Shown: piece by piece, positions 16,192-24,992 of the stretch | Layout of the letters: the number at the start of each line of letters is the position of its first letter | How positions within the stretch are numbered: the first letter of the stretch is position 1 | Origin: Ignicoccus pacificus DSM 13166 | GTDB lineage: Archaea; Thermoproteota; Thermoprotei_A; Sulfolobales; Ignicoccaceae | Direction: 5' to 3' | NCBI GenBank assembly: GCA_025340205.1 | Contig: CP006868.1 | Span: 300,001-332,000 of the forward strand | DNA: 32,000 nt | The notes under the pieces: model-generated | What the model was told of the DNA's origin: nothing | Seen by the model: only the letters and a program-made list of their open reading frames with translations | The model's database searches: none | Program-made: the position numbers and the translations under genes

Positions 16192-17616
16192 TTGGACGCT
16201 AAGATAGGGCTCGAAGTGCACGTTCAGCTGACGGCTCTAAAGACCAAGCTCTTCTGCTCTTGCCCCAGCGATTACAGGGACAAGCCCCCGAACACTAACG
16301 TCTGCCCCGTTTGCTTGGGAATGCCCGGAGCCCTCCCCCTTCTCAACGAAAGGGCCATTGATATGGCTATATCCTTATGCTTAGCATTAAATGGTAAGGT
16401 GAGCGAGAAGGTAGTCTTTGCAAGAAAGCACTACTTCTACCCGGACCTCCCCAAGGGCTTCCAGATATCGCAGTACACTGCCTTAGGATCTTCTCCCGTC
16501 TGCATAGGAGGTCAAGTGAAGATAAACGTTGATGGAAAGGATAAAGTGATCAGGATAAGGAGAATTCAAATAGAGGAGGATCCGGGAAGGCTCGTCTGGC
16601 CCCAAGGCTTCAGCTCCAAGTACGTTCTCGTGGACTACAATAGATCCGGAATAGCGCTCATGGAGATAGTAACGGAGCCTGACATGAGTTCTCCCAAGGA
16701 GGCAAGGGCCTTCTTGGAGAAGCTCAGGAGCATCTTGGAACACCTAGGAATTTGCGACTGTTCCCTGGAGGGATCGATGAGAGCTGACGCCAACGTCAGC
16801 GTGCCTGGAGGGGAGAGGGTAGAGGTGAAGAACATAGGTTCTCCGAAGGACGTGGAGAAGGCCTTAACCTTCGAAATCGTAAGGCAGTCTACGATAATCA
16901 AGCAAGGAGGGAAGGTGGCCAGAGAGACGAGGCACTGGGACGCCGGAAAGAGGGTAACCATAGCTTCCAGATCCAAGGAGGAGGAGGCGGATTACAGATA
17001 CATGCCGGAGCCGAACATCCCTCCTACCCTCATTTCTCCCGAAAGGGTCCAGAGGATAAGGGAGAGCTTACCAGAGCTCCCCGACGAGAGGGCCCGGAGG
17101 TTTGTGAGGGAATACGGATTGAGCGAGTACTTGGCTAAGGTCCTCACCTCTTCCAAGGCTCTAGCTGATACATTCGAGGAAGTAGCTAGGGCTGTGGGAG
17201 ACTATCAAAGGGTAGCTAACTTCCTAGTAGTCGAATATCTCAGAAGGGTCAAGGAATTCAACTTAGAACTGGGAGAAGGTCTAAAGGCGGAGCATTTGAA
17301 AGAGCTCTTCCAGCTTATTGACTCCGGCAAGATAACGCTAAACCAAGCGAAGGAGGTGGTCTTCCCTGAAATGCTCCTAAGCGGAAAGCCTCCGAGCGAG
17401 ATAGCGAAGGAGAAGGGACTCTTCGTGGTGAGGGATGAGGAGAAGCTGAGGGAGGTGATAAGGGAAGTTATGGAAAAGAACCCTAAAGCGGTAGAGGATG
17501 CCAAGAAGAGTAAGAAGGCGATAAACTTCCTAGTAGGGCAAGTGATGAAGGCGACCAGAGGAAAGGCGGATCCGAAGCTGGTGAGGAAGTTAATAGAGGA
17601 AATGCTCTCTTCTTGA
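16192..17616 (+). CDS. gatB: Asp-tRNA(Asn)/Glu-tRNA(Gln) amidotransferase subunit B
   Basis: 474 aa. KIGLEVHVQL...KLFCSC start. The size fits GatB rather than GatE. C-terminal YqeY-like tail FLVGQVMKATRGKADP. Confidence 0.92.
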   Translation: MDAKIGLEVHVQLTALKTKLFCSCPSDYRDKPPNTNVCPVCLGMPGALPLLNERAIDMAISLCLALNGKVSEKVVFARKHYFYPDLPKGFQISQYTALGSSPVCIGGQVKINVDGKDKVIRIRRIQIEEDPGRLVWPQGFSSKYVLVDYNRSGIALMEIVTEPDMSSPKEARAFLEKLRSILEHLGICDCSLEGSMRADANVSVPGGERVEVKNIGSPKDVEKALTFEIVRQSTIIKQGGKVARETRHWDAGKRVTIASRSKEEEADYRYMPEPNIPPTLISPERVQRIRESLPELPDERARRFVREYGLSEYLAKVLTSSKALADTFEEVARAVGDYQRVANFLVVEYLRRVKEFNLELGEGLKAEHLKELFQLIDSGKITLNQAKEVVFPEMLLSGKPPSEIAKEKGLFVVRDEEKLREVIREVMEKNPKAVEDAKKSKKAINFLVGQVMKATRGKADPKLVRKLIEEMLSS

Positions 17617-17795
17617 GCCCTTACTGTATAATCTGTGTTTTGTCTCTAAGTTAAACTCCTTGGACAATGAACGTAACTGAGCCAGTTAGGAGGGTTAATG
17701 TAAAGACCTTGAGCTGAGGACTTCCCTTCCCTTTTATTTCCAGATTAGTCGCTTGAACCCCTCTACATTTAACGAGCTTCAAGCATTTCCATAGG

Positions 17796-19670
17796 GTGCC
17801 CTCGATGGCAGTGCAAATACAAAAAACGGACGTTCCTTTGCAAATAGAGAAGCCAGCTACCAAGGAGTTGGTGGACGAGCTGTGGGACGAGGCTGAGGAG
17901 GTAAAGCTTCTCTTATTAGATTCAAAGGACGTGGAAGAGGCCAGAGGAGCCCTCTACAAGTGGCTCGCTGAGATGGAGCTGAAGTACCTCTACGGGGACA
18001 TGGACGTCCATCCGCTAATCCAAGCCCAAGCGCTTGAGGCGATTAAGGTATTCAGACAAGTGATAGCCCCTCAAAACGAGCAGCTGACGGGCTACTCTGC
18101 TCTCAAGTACTTGTACAAGCTCGCTAGGTACGAGGGAATAAAGGAGGTAGACGAAGGATTCGTCTTGGAGTTCATCCATCTATTCAAGGCGATCTATGGA
18201 AGGCCCGACATCTATCCAGCTAAGTACGCTGAAGGCCTTGGGTATTTTGACTTCTCCAAGCTGAAGGGAAGGCAAGCTGGAATAGCTAGGAGCAATTATC
18301 TGGACAAGCTCGCCTCTAGGGTATGGGAGTACATCAAGAGGTATCCCAGCGGCTTAGATCCAGAGGTAATAGAGAAGAGGAGGGAGAACAGGAAGAGGAT
18401 CTTGGAGGTTCTGGGAGGGAGCGAAGAGGACTGGTGGGACTATCAGTGGCACTACAGGAACGCCCTGAGGGGCAAGAGGGCGATAGAGGTCCTCAAGAAG
18501 CTAGTCAAGGGAATGAGTGAGGAGGACTGGGAGGCGCTCGAGCAAGCGGTCAAGTACAACGTGCCCTTCGGAATAACTCCCTACTACCTCCATCTCTTCG
18601 ACTTCGATGAGGGGTGGAAGAAGGACTACGCCGTAAGGAGGCAAGTGCTACCTCCTCTGCACTACGTCAAGGAGATGATAAGGCACTTGGACGAGAGGGA
18701 GTACTACTTCGACTTCATGGGAGAGCACGACACCAGCCCCCACCCGCTCATAACCAGAAGGTATCCTATGGTCGCCATACTCAAGGCCGCTCACACTTGC
18801 CCACAGATCTGTGTCTACTGTCAGAGGAACTGGGAGATCATGACTGCTATGGACAAGAGCGCCATTCCGACCAGAATGACTATAGATGAGGCAATAGACT
18901 GGTTCGCCGAGCATCCCAACATAATAGACGTCCTCGTAACGGGAGGAGATCCGTTTATCTTGAGGGACGATGACATAGAGCACATAGTGAAGAGGTTGAG
19001 CGAGTTGGACCACGTGAAGATGATAAGGTTCGGAACTAGGACGCCGGTGACGGTACCTATGAGGATAACCGAGAAGCTCGCTGAAATGCTCGGATCCTAC
19101 ATAGAGCCGGGCAAGAGGAACATCCACGTGGTGACCCACTTCGAGCACGCCTATGAGGTTACCCCAGAGGTGGCTCAAGCGGTAACCAACCTGAGGAAGA
19201 ACAAGATATACGTCTACAACCAGCAAGTGTTCACCTTCTGGAACAGCAGGAGGTTCGAGACCTCTGCCCTTAGGATTGCCCTAAAGAAGGTAGGAATAGA
19301 CCCTTACTACACCTTCTATCCTAAGGGTAAGTGGGAGACCAAGGATTACCTCGTTCCGGTAGCGAGGATAGAGCAGGAGAGGAAGGAGGAAGCGAGGGTT
19401 CTGCCAGGAACCTTTAGGACGGAGGAACCGGTGTTCAACGTTCCCAGATTAGGAAAGAACCACCTAAGGGCTTGGCAAGACCATCAGATCATAATGATAA
19501 GGCCTGATGGAAGAAGGGTCTACCTCTGGCACCCGTGGGAGAAGAACATACAGCTGGTGGCCCCCTACATCTATACCGACATGGTATCTATAAGGATGTA
19601 CTTGGATAAGCTAAAGGAAGTATTCAACGAAGATCTGGAGGACTACAAGAGCATATGGTACTACTACTGA
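17796..19670 (+). CDS. KamA-family radical-SAM/PLP aminomutase, long form (N-terminal ~210-aa extension)
   Basis: 624 aa. From about residue 213 it aligns by eye with lysine 2,3-aminomutase: DWWDYQWHYRN, ITPYYLHL, radical-SAM CPQICVYC, VLVTGGDP, FGTRTPV, NQQV, PYY, and VPRLGK as the PLP-lysine context. The start may be ATG 17805 rather than GTG 17796. Confidence 0.85.
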   Translation: MPSMAVQIQKTDVPLQIEKPATKELVDELWDEAEEVKLLLLDSKDVEEARGALYKWLAEMELKYLYGDMDVHPLIQAQALEAIKVFRQVIAPQNEQLTGYSALKYLYKLARYEGIKEVDEGFVLEFIHLFKAIYGRPDIYPAKYAEGLGYFDFSKLKGRQAGIARSNYLDKLASRVWEYIKRYPSGLDPEVIEKRRENRKRILEVLGGSEEDWWDYQWHYRNALRGKRAIEVLKKLVKGMSEEDWEALEQAVKYNVPFGITPYYLHLFDFDEGWKKDYAVRRQVLPPLHYVKEMIRHLDEREYYFDFMGEHDTSPHPLITRRYPMVAILKAAHTCPQICVYCQRNWEIMTAMDKSAIPTRMTIDEAIDWFAEHPNIIDVLVTGGDPFILRDDDIEHIVKRLSELDHVKMIRFGTRTPVTVPMRITEKLAEMLGSYIEPGKRNIHVVTHFEHAYEVTPEVAQAVTNLRKNKIYVYNQQVFTFWNSRRFETSALRIALKKVGIDPYYTFYPKGKWETKDYLVPVARIEQERKEEARVLPGTFRTEEPVFNVPRLGKNHLRAWQDHQIIMIRPDGRRVYLWHPWEKNIQLVAPYIYTDMVSIRMYLDKLKEVFNEDLEDYKSIWYYY

Positions 19671-19671
19671 G

Positions 19672-19676
19672 TTTTT
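19672..19676 (+). terminator. oligo-T tract (T5) immediately after the KamA-family stop codon
   Basis: TGAGTTTTTGCAC. Confidence 0.35.
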
Positions 19677-19739
19677 GCACTTTCGCCCAACTCTCTTTAC
19701 ACAAATACTACCTCAAAGCACTAAGGACGGGGCTCAACT

Positions 19740-20426
19740 TTGGCCTTCCTGGTCGACAAGACCTTAGAGATTGCATATGATTTTGCAAGAGAGAAGTTCG
19801 GAGAGCTGATAAACAAGATCCAAAGTGGAAAACCTTTGACTAGCGAAGAAGCGAACTTCCTATTGCTCTTCATGGTGCTAAACGAGGTCAGATTGAGATA
19901 TGACGAGCTTTCAAGGCAAATTCAGCTGAACAGAGAGATGATAAAAGAAGTAAATGAAGACATGAAGAAGATGGAAGGAAGCTTAAGGAGTGAAATCAAA
20001 GCCACTGAGGAAAGGCTCAGAAGCGAGATGAAAGAGTGTGAAGAAAGGTTGAGGAACGAGATAAAGGCAACTGAAGAGAGACTCAGAAATGAGATCAAGG
20101 AGACTGAGGAAAGATTGAACAAGAAGATAGAAGAGACAAAGAATGATCTTGAGAAGAAGGTTGAGCTAGTTAGAGATGAGCTGAATAAAAGAATAGATGA
20201 TCTAAGGGTAGATCTGACCAAGCGTATAGACGATACCAACAGAAGGCTTGACTCCTTAGAGCATAGAGTTTACGAGCTTGAGAAAGATGTTGAAGAGCTA
20301 AAGGTAGCTGTCGCTAGATTGGATCATAAGGTTGACTTGTTGAGCGAAGATGTAAGGGAGATAAAGAGCATGATGAACTTGTTGTTAATGCATTTAGCGG
20401 GAATAAAGGTAGAGAAGGAGAAGTAG
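19740..20426 (+). CDS. coiled-coil protein built from 11-residue (hendecad) repeats
   Basis: 228 aa. Residues 82-169 form eight consecutive 11-mers (LRSEIKATEER, LRSEMKECEER, LRNEIKATEER, LRNEIKETEER, LNKKIEETKND, LEKKVELVRDE, LNKRIDDLRVD, LTKRIDDTNRR). TTG start. The antisense ORF is Ser/Leu low-complexity. Confidence 0.7.
   Translation: MAFLVDKTLEIAYDFAREKFGELINKIQSGKPLTSEEANFLLLFMVLNEVRLRYDELSRQIQLNREMIKEVNEDMKKMEGSLRSEIKATEERLRSEMKECEERLRNEIKATEERLRNEIKETEERLNKKIEETKNDLEKKVELVRDELNKRIDDLRVDLTKRIDDTNRRLDSLEHRVYELEKDVEELKVAVARLDHKVDLLSEDVREIKSMMNLLLMHLAGIKVEKEK
19983..20246 (+). repeat. 8 x 33-bp in-frame tandem repeat (hendecad units)
   Basis: Read directly. The units differ mostly at synonymous or conservative positions (e.g. 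GAGGAAAGGCTCAGA / GAAGAAAGGTTGAGG / GAAGAGAGACTCAGA / GAGGAAAGATTGAAC). Confidence 0.8.
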
Positions 20427-20475
20427 ATCAAAATAAAGAACTCTAACCGTAAGTATCTAAGGAACAATCGTAGAG

Positions 20476-20813
20476 CTACTGGCGTTCTGGCATCTTTTCT
20501 ACTACCTTCCCTAGGTATTTCCTCAGCTCATCCTCGGTAACTATATGAAGCTCTAACGGGAAGTAGATTGGTACCCCAGCTTTCTCTATTTCCTCCTCGA
20601 GTTCAATCCTTAATGTTATCCTGTCTTTACGGCTTAGCTTTTTTTGTCAAAAGCTATCGCTATACCCACATCGGAAGAGCAATCGTAATCCCCTCTTGCA
20701 ATACTTCCTACCAAGTACGCCCTTAATCCCTTCCTCTTCAACACTTCGAATATTATTGGTAAGTAATGGGGTCACCTCCTCAGAATTAAGAACCTCCTTA
20801 AGGAGAGGGCCAT
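20476..20813 (-). pseudogene. MNT nucleotidyltransferase pseudogene (in-frame TGA, A7 frameshift, DxD to DxG)
   Basis: My translation: MALSLRRFLILRR*PHYLPIIFEVLKRKGLRAYLVGSIARGDYDCSSDVGIAIAFDKKS*. The C-terminal part LSRKDRITLRIELEEEIEKAGVPIYFPLELHIVTEDELRKYLGKVVEKMPERQ is in another frame. The shift is at the homopolymer 20639-20645. No ORF of 60 aa or more in the track. Confidence 0.75.
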
Positions 20814-21283
20814 AGCTCTCCCTCTATCGCTTCTAACCTCTTTATTATTTCTTCAGATGCCTTTACGAGCTCCTCCGCTTCTTCCTTCTTGTAAGGAATA
20901 GGCTTGTACCTAGCCTCGTACTACGCCTCTTCGAGTTCCCTCAGCTCCCTCCGATACCTCTTTGCTAACTCCTTTAACCTTTCAGAGACCTAATTTAATC
21001 CTTCAACGTCTAAACTGAAGGCTAGCTCCGCTAGGAGCTCCCTTATCTCATGTCCCCTTCTCTCTTCTCCACTAAGCCTCATTATCATTGCCTTTAGGTA
21101 AAGCTGAAGAGCTTGACCGGCGTGAAACGCCGCTAAGTCATAATATCCCTTTACTAGATCGTCCTTCGCTTCATCAAGGAAGGCCTTAGCCCTCTTCTTG
21201 AGGTATTAGTAGTGCTTCAAGATTTCATCCACCTTAAAGCTTTGAGGAAAGGAAGTTAAAAGGTCGCTAACACAAGCCTTCAT
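20798..21283 (-). pseudogene. HEPN-domain pseudogene with three in-frame stop codons
   Basis: A single frame from ATG 21283 reads MKACVSDLLTSFPQSFKVDEILKHY*YLKKRAKAFLDEAKDDLVKGYYDLAAFHAGQALQLYLKAMIMRLSGEERRGHEIRELLAELAFSLDVEGLN*VSERLKELAKRYRRELRELEEA*YEARYKPIPYKKEEAEELVKASEEIIKRLEAIEGELWPSP*. Stops are at 21208-21206, 20992-20990 and 20923-20921. Overlaps the MNT pseudogene start by 16 nt, like the other pair. Confidence 0.8.
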
Positions 21284-21308
21284 CACAATTCAGTTCCGTG
21301 GCGAACGC

Positions 21309-23447
21309 TCATCCCATGAACCTCTCGAAGCCCTTCTCAAGCAGCTCCTCGAACTCGGGGACCTCTACCTCCTTGCTTCCATAGTTTACCTTAAAGGTAC
21401 CTCCTCCGAACTCCCCGATCACCTTGCCTCCGGTCCTCTTGAGCACCTCATCCAAGGCCTCTTCCTTCACTGCTATTAGGTACCTAGCTCCGGTTTCGGA
21501 GAAGAGCGCTTGATAGGGCTTCTCCCACTTCCCCGGAACCTCGTCCAACTTCAAGGTAACTCCTACTCCCCTAGCCATTTCAGCAGCAGCTACGGCCAAA
21601 CCTCCAACGCCTATATCATGGATACCAGTCACCCCGTCAAGTGTGATAACTTCCAGTATCTTCTCAGCGTTTCTCATTTCAGCAGAGGGCCTTGGGATGG
21701 GTGGCTTGCCTTGAACCTTCCCGAACACCGCCCAGAGGAACTCGCTTCCTCCGAGCTCTGGGAAGGTCTCTCCGACTATGACCAACTTGTCCCCTTCCTC
21801 AGCTCTCACCCTCTTTGCCTTCCTAACGTCCTCTACCTTCCCAATCATTGTTATCATCACGGTAGGCTTTATCTGCTTCCCAGTGACCTCGTCCTCATTA
21901 TAGAAGCTGACCTTACCTCCCACTATGGGTACCCTTACCTCCCTCTCCACCCAAGCTAGGCCATCGACCATCCTCACGAAGAACCAGAAGCGGTCGGGCT
22001 TCTCGGGGTTCCCGGCGTCTATCTGGTCCACAGCGGCTAAGGGCCTTCCCCCAGATGCTACCACGTTTCTGTAAGCTTCCAAGAAGACGTCAGCCGCTCC
22101 GTGTAAGGGATCCAAGTAGGTGTACCTGGGATTGGAGTCTGTGGTAGCTGCTATTCCCAGAGGCTCGGCCTCCAGGAGCCTTAGGACCGCTGAATCCCCC
22201 TCCCCAGGCTTGACTACGGTCCTTATCTGCACCTCGTGGTCGTATTGCTCGTATATCCACCTCTTAGAGGCTACGTTGGGAGAGCAGAGGACCTTCTCTA
22301 TTGCATTCTTCAGCTCTACCTCGGGGATCTTCGGGAACTTCTCCAGCTTCAAGTGCCACTGGGGCCTCTCATAGGGCCTGTCCAGCTCCGGTCCCTCTGC
22401 CAAGAACTTAGCTGGAACGTCAGCTACCTTCTCACCTTTGAAATAAGCTACGTAGTTCTTGCTGTCCGTGAACTTCCCTATTACGCTGTAAGGAACGTCG
22501 TACTTCTTCAGTATCTCCTCTACCCTCTCCAAGTTCTCTGGCTTCACTACAAGCATCATCCTCTCTTGGCTCTCGGAGACCATTATCTCCCAAGCGTCCA
22601 TTGGCTCCCTCAAGTGGAGCTTATCCAAGAACACTTCCGCTCCGAGATCGAAGGAGGCCGCCACTTCGCTTATGGCAGTTGCCAGACCTCCGCCGCCCAA
22701 GTCCTTCACGAATACTAATAGCTTCTTGTCTCTCATCTCCAAGATACTATCAATCAGGAGCTTCTCCATTACTGGATCCGGAACTTGGATTGCAGCGTAC
22801 TCCTCCTCCACTCCCTCCTCCAAGTTCTTGGAAGCGAAGGAGGAGCCCAGAAGACCATCCTTTCCCGTATAGTTACCAGCTATTATGATCAAGTCTCCTG
22901 GTCTAGGCCTTCCATTAATCAGTTTATCCTTAGGACAGACGCCTATACAAGCGGCCGAAACCATGGGATTCCTGTTGAAGTCCGGGTCGAACCAAGTCTC
23001 TCCTCCTACCGTAGGAACGCCTATCCGGTTTCCGTAATCGCTTATTCCCTTAACAACTCCCCTCACGTGCCACTTGGTCCTGTACTCCCTCAGGTCACCA
23101 AATATCAAGTCGTCGAGTAGGGCTATCGGCTTAGCTCCAGAGCTCAAGATATCCCTAACTATTCCTCCCACTCCCGTAGCGGCTCCGTTGTAGGGGTCGA
23201 CGGCCGAAGGATGGTTGTGGCTCTCTATCCTGAAGGCAACGTAAACGGGTCCCAGCTCTACTACCGCCGCATCTCCCCCCTTGACAACCCAAGGGGCCTC
23301 CATCGCTAGCTTCCTCAAGTGCTTCCTAGAGCTCTTGTAGGAGCAGTGCTCGCTCCACTGGGCCTCGAACATCGCTATCTCTACTTGAGTGGGCTCCCTC
23401 TTCAATTCTCTTTTAATAAGGCTCAGCTCCTCGTTAGTCAGAGGCAA
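21309..23447 (-). CDS. purL: phosphoribosylformylglycinamidine synthase II
   Basis: 712 aa. EAQWSEHCSYKSS, ESHNHPSAVDPY and DLGGGGLA motifs. TTG start. Confidence 0.93.
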   Translation of the reverse strand: MPLTNEELSLIKRELKREPTQVEIAMFEAQWSEHCSYKSSRKHLRKLAMEAPWVVKGGDAAVVELGPVYVAFRIESHNHPSAVDPYNGAATGVGGIVRDILSSGAKPIALLDDLIFGDLREYRTKWHVRGVVKGISDYGNRIGVPTVGGETWFDPDFNRNPMVSAACIGVCPKDKLINGRPRPGDLIIIAGNYTGKDGLLGSSFASKNLEEGVEEEYAAIQVPDPVMEKLLIDSILEMRDKKLLVFVKDLGGGGLATAISEVAASFDLGAEVFLDKLHLREPMDAWEIMVSESQERMMLVVKPENLERVEEILKKYDVPYSVIGKFTDSKNYVAYFKGEKVADVPAKFLAEGPELDRPYERPQWHLKLEKFPKIPEVELKNAIEKVLCSPNVASKRWIYEQYDHEVQIRTVVKPGEGDSAVLRLLEAEPLGIAATTDSNPRYTYLDPLHGAADVFLEAYRNVVASGGRPLAAVDQIDAGNPEKPDRFWFFVRMVDGLAWVEREVRVPIVGGKVSFYNEDEVTGKQIKPTVMITMIGKVEDVRKAKRVRAEEGDKLVIVGETFPELGGSEFLWAVFGKVQGKPPIPRPSAEMRNAEKILEVITLDGVTGIHDIGVGGLAVAAAEMARGVGVTLKLDEVPGKWEKPYQALFSETGARYLIAVKEEALDEVLKRTGGKVIGEFGGGTFKVNYGSKEVEVPEFEELLEKGFERFMG

Positions 23448-23535
23448 ATCCTTCGTCCCCGTCTACTGGGGAGAGGGAAGATTAATCAAAAAGCCGCGCA
23501 GAGGTCGTCGAACTTGCATAGCGTCCTAGGGAGTT

Positions 23536-23994
23536 TTATGAGATGATGCCCTTACAAGGAGGTACCACTTGAAGATCTTCTACTCCATACTCGTTTTGGA
23601 CGTATTCCCACGCTTTGACTATTCTCTTCCAGCCCTTTACGTCCTCCGTTACCACTATTTCCACATCCTTCTGAGCAATCAAGACTGCGCGGACAGCGTC
23701 GTAGGTTAGCCCACTGAGCTCCGCTATTCTCTTTGCCAGTATGAAGGTTTCCAAGTCAGCTTCCAAGAGGTATAAGGGGAAGGAGAAGTAGCTCTTAACG
23801 ATCCTTCCAGCAGCTTCAACGCTTAAGTTAGCTACGGCCCGAGTAGCTCGAAGGCTACGGACTTGGATCCATAGCCCTTTAACTCCTTCTCCGGCACCAT
23901 TTCAAGCACTTCGCTAGAGCATTTAGCGAATTTGGGGGCGATCGAGCGCTACGTATATGAATACGTTGGCGTCAATGTGAACCCGCTTGTTCAT
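23536..23994 (-). pseudogene. PIN-domain (VapC) pseudogene broken by two frameshifts
   Basis: N-terminus is MNKRVHIDANVFIYVALDRP. After the G5/C5 run (23934-23938) the sequence continues in another frame (PKFAKCSSEVLEMVPEKELKGYGSKSVAFELLGP*). It then returns to the first frame (VANLSVEAAGRIVKSYFSFPLYLLEADLETFILAKRIAELSGLTYDAVRAVLIAQKDVEIVVTEDVKGW...), which is the 76-aa track ORF 23536..23766. All four PIN acidic positions are still recognisable. Confidence 0.7.
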
Positions 23995-24216
23995 TAAGAC
24001 TTCTCTCAACGAGCTCGAGGCACTCGCCTCTTTGTTCTTGAGGATCTTTGACGCTCTCTTCAGCTCTTCCAAAGGATTTTGGACCTTCACCGGGATCAGC
24101 ACTATTTTATCTCCCTCAAACTTTGCTATTAGCTTATCTCAAATCTTTATCCCTAACTTCTCCCTCAGCTCCTTTGGTATGGCGACTTGATACTTCCTAG
24201 TAACACTGACCTCTAC
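23995..24216 (-). pseudogene. AbrB/SpoVT-type VapB antitoxin pseudogene (in-frame TGA, no start codon)
   Basis: My translation: VEVSVTRKYQVAIPKELREKLGIKI*DKLIAKFEGDKIVLIPVKVQNPLEELKRASKILKNKEAS... The TGA at 24141-24139 sits where the family has Gly (GGA). No ATG, GTG or TTG is found at the expected start. It runs in frame into the PIN start. Confidence 0.65.
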
Positions 24217-24231
24217 TTTCCTCTACCCTAC

Positions 24232-24248
24232 AGCAGTACCGTACTGCT
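24232..24248. promoter_or_regulatory. perfect 8-bp-arm palindrome AGCAGTAC-C-GTACTGCT upstream of the decayed vapB; candidate operator
   Basis: Read directly. It lies 16 nt upstream of the first recognisable vapB codon (24216). Confidence 0.35.
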
Positions 24249-24311
24249 CCCACTAGAGCCTATATCATCTATCCTTAGCCTCCCGACGCCTTCTAGCCAT
24301 GGGGACTCGGA

Positions 24312-24992
24312 GTGGCTAAACCATGGGTAGTGGGTCATAGAGGAGCTAGGTACGTGGTGAAGGAGAATACCCTCCAAGCCTTCCGCTACGCCTTAGAGCA
24401 CGGAGCAGATGCGGTTGAGTGCGACGTGTGGAAGGCCAGGGACGGAAGCTTGGTGGTAACCCACGATAGGGAAATAGAGGTGGCGAGGAGGAAGTACGAC
24501 GTAAAGTCCCTCACCTTGAGACAGATAAAGAGCATGAAGCCCACCATACCTACTTTGAAGGAGGTGTTAGCGTTGGTAGTCGAGGGATATAAGAAGCACT
24601 TGTTCGTGGAGCTAAAGGATCCTAGCGCTTGGGAGAAGCTAGATGAGGAGCTGGAAGGATGGGACAACGTTACCGTGATCTCCTTCTACGCTCCTCAGCT
24701 GAAGAAGATGAGGTATCCCAGCAAGGGCTTGCTCTTCGTTCTGAGACCCCTAAGCTTGAAGAACGTGATAGAGGGAATGGATCTAGAGTGGATAGCTCCG
24801 AGGAGGGATATGGTCGATCAAGAGCTCCTTCAAGAGGCGAGGGACTTGAACCTGAAGGTGCTGACTTGGCTTCACAACAGGCCAAAGGAGGTGAGGGAAG
24901 CGTTAAGGTGGGGGGTTGACGCCTTCGCGACCGACAGGCCTGACTTGGCGATAAGGTGGATGAATAAGGGCTTGGAGGAGTGGATTAAATGA
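24312..24992 (+). CDS. glycerophosphodiester phosphodiesterase (GDPD family)
   Basis: 226 aa. VVGHRGA...ENTLQAF...GADAVECDVWKARDGSLVVTHD. GTG start. Confidence 0.85.
   Translation: MAKPWVVGHRGARYVVKENTLQAFRYALEHGADAVECDVWKARDGSLVVTHDREIEVARRKYDVKSLTLRQIKSMKPTIPTLKEVLALVVEGYKKHLFVELKDPSAWEKLDEELEGWDNVTVISFYAPQLKKMRYPSKGLLFVLRPLSLKNVIEGMDLEWIAPRRDMVDQELLQEARDLNLKVLTWLHNRPKEVREALRWGVDAFATDRPDLAIRWMNKGLEEWIK

Noticed and set aside
18648-19226. Long antisense ORFs opposite well-supported genes. Examples: 18648..19226 (192 aa) opposite the KamA-family gene; 27882..28487 (201 aa), 26640..26996 and 26854..27171 opposite aCPSF1; 21510..21959 and 22236..22718 opposite purL; 8851..9276 opposite vapBC; 25534..25989 opposite the PaREP1-like gene; 16635..16976 and 17205..17504 opposite gatB; 9335..10179 opposite nadX/nadC.
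   Set aside because: Their products are Leu/Ser/Pro/His/Tyr-rich with no motifs. This is the composition expected from reading purine-rich GAR/AAR/AGR coding sequence backwards. The sense-strand proteins carry clear family signatures.
20798-21283. In-frame TAA/TAG/TGA codons as possible recoding (pyrrolysine, selenocysteine or readthrough).
   Set aside because: Three different stop codons are involved. I see no SECIS-like or PYLIS-like context. The partner gene also carries a frameshift and a catalytic-site substitution. Pseudogenisation is the simpler explanation.
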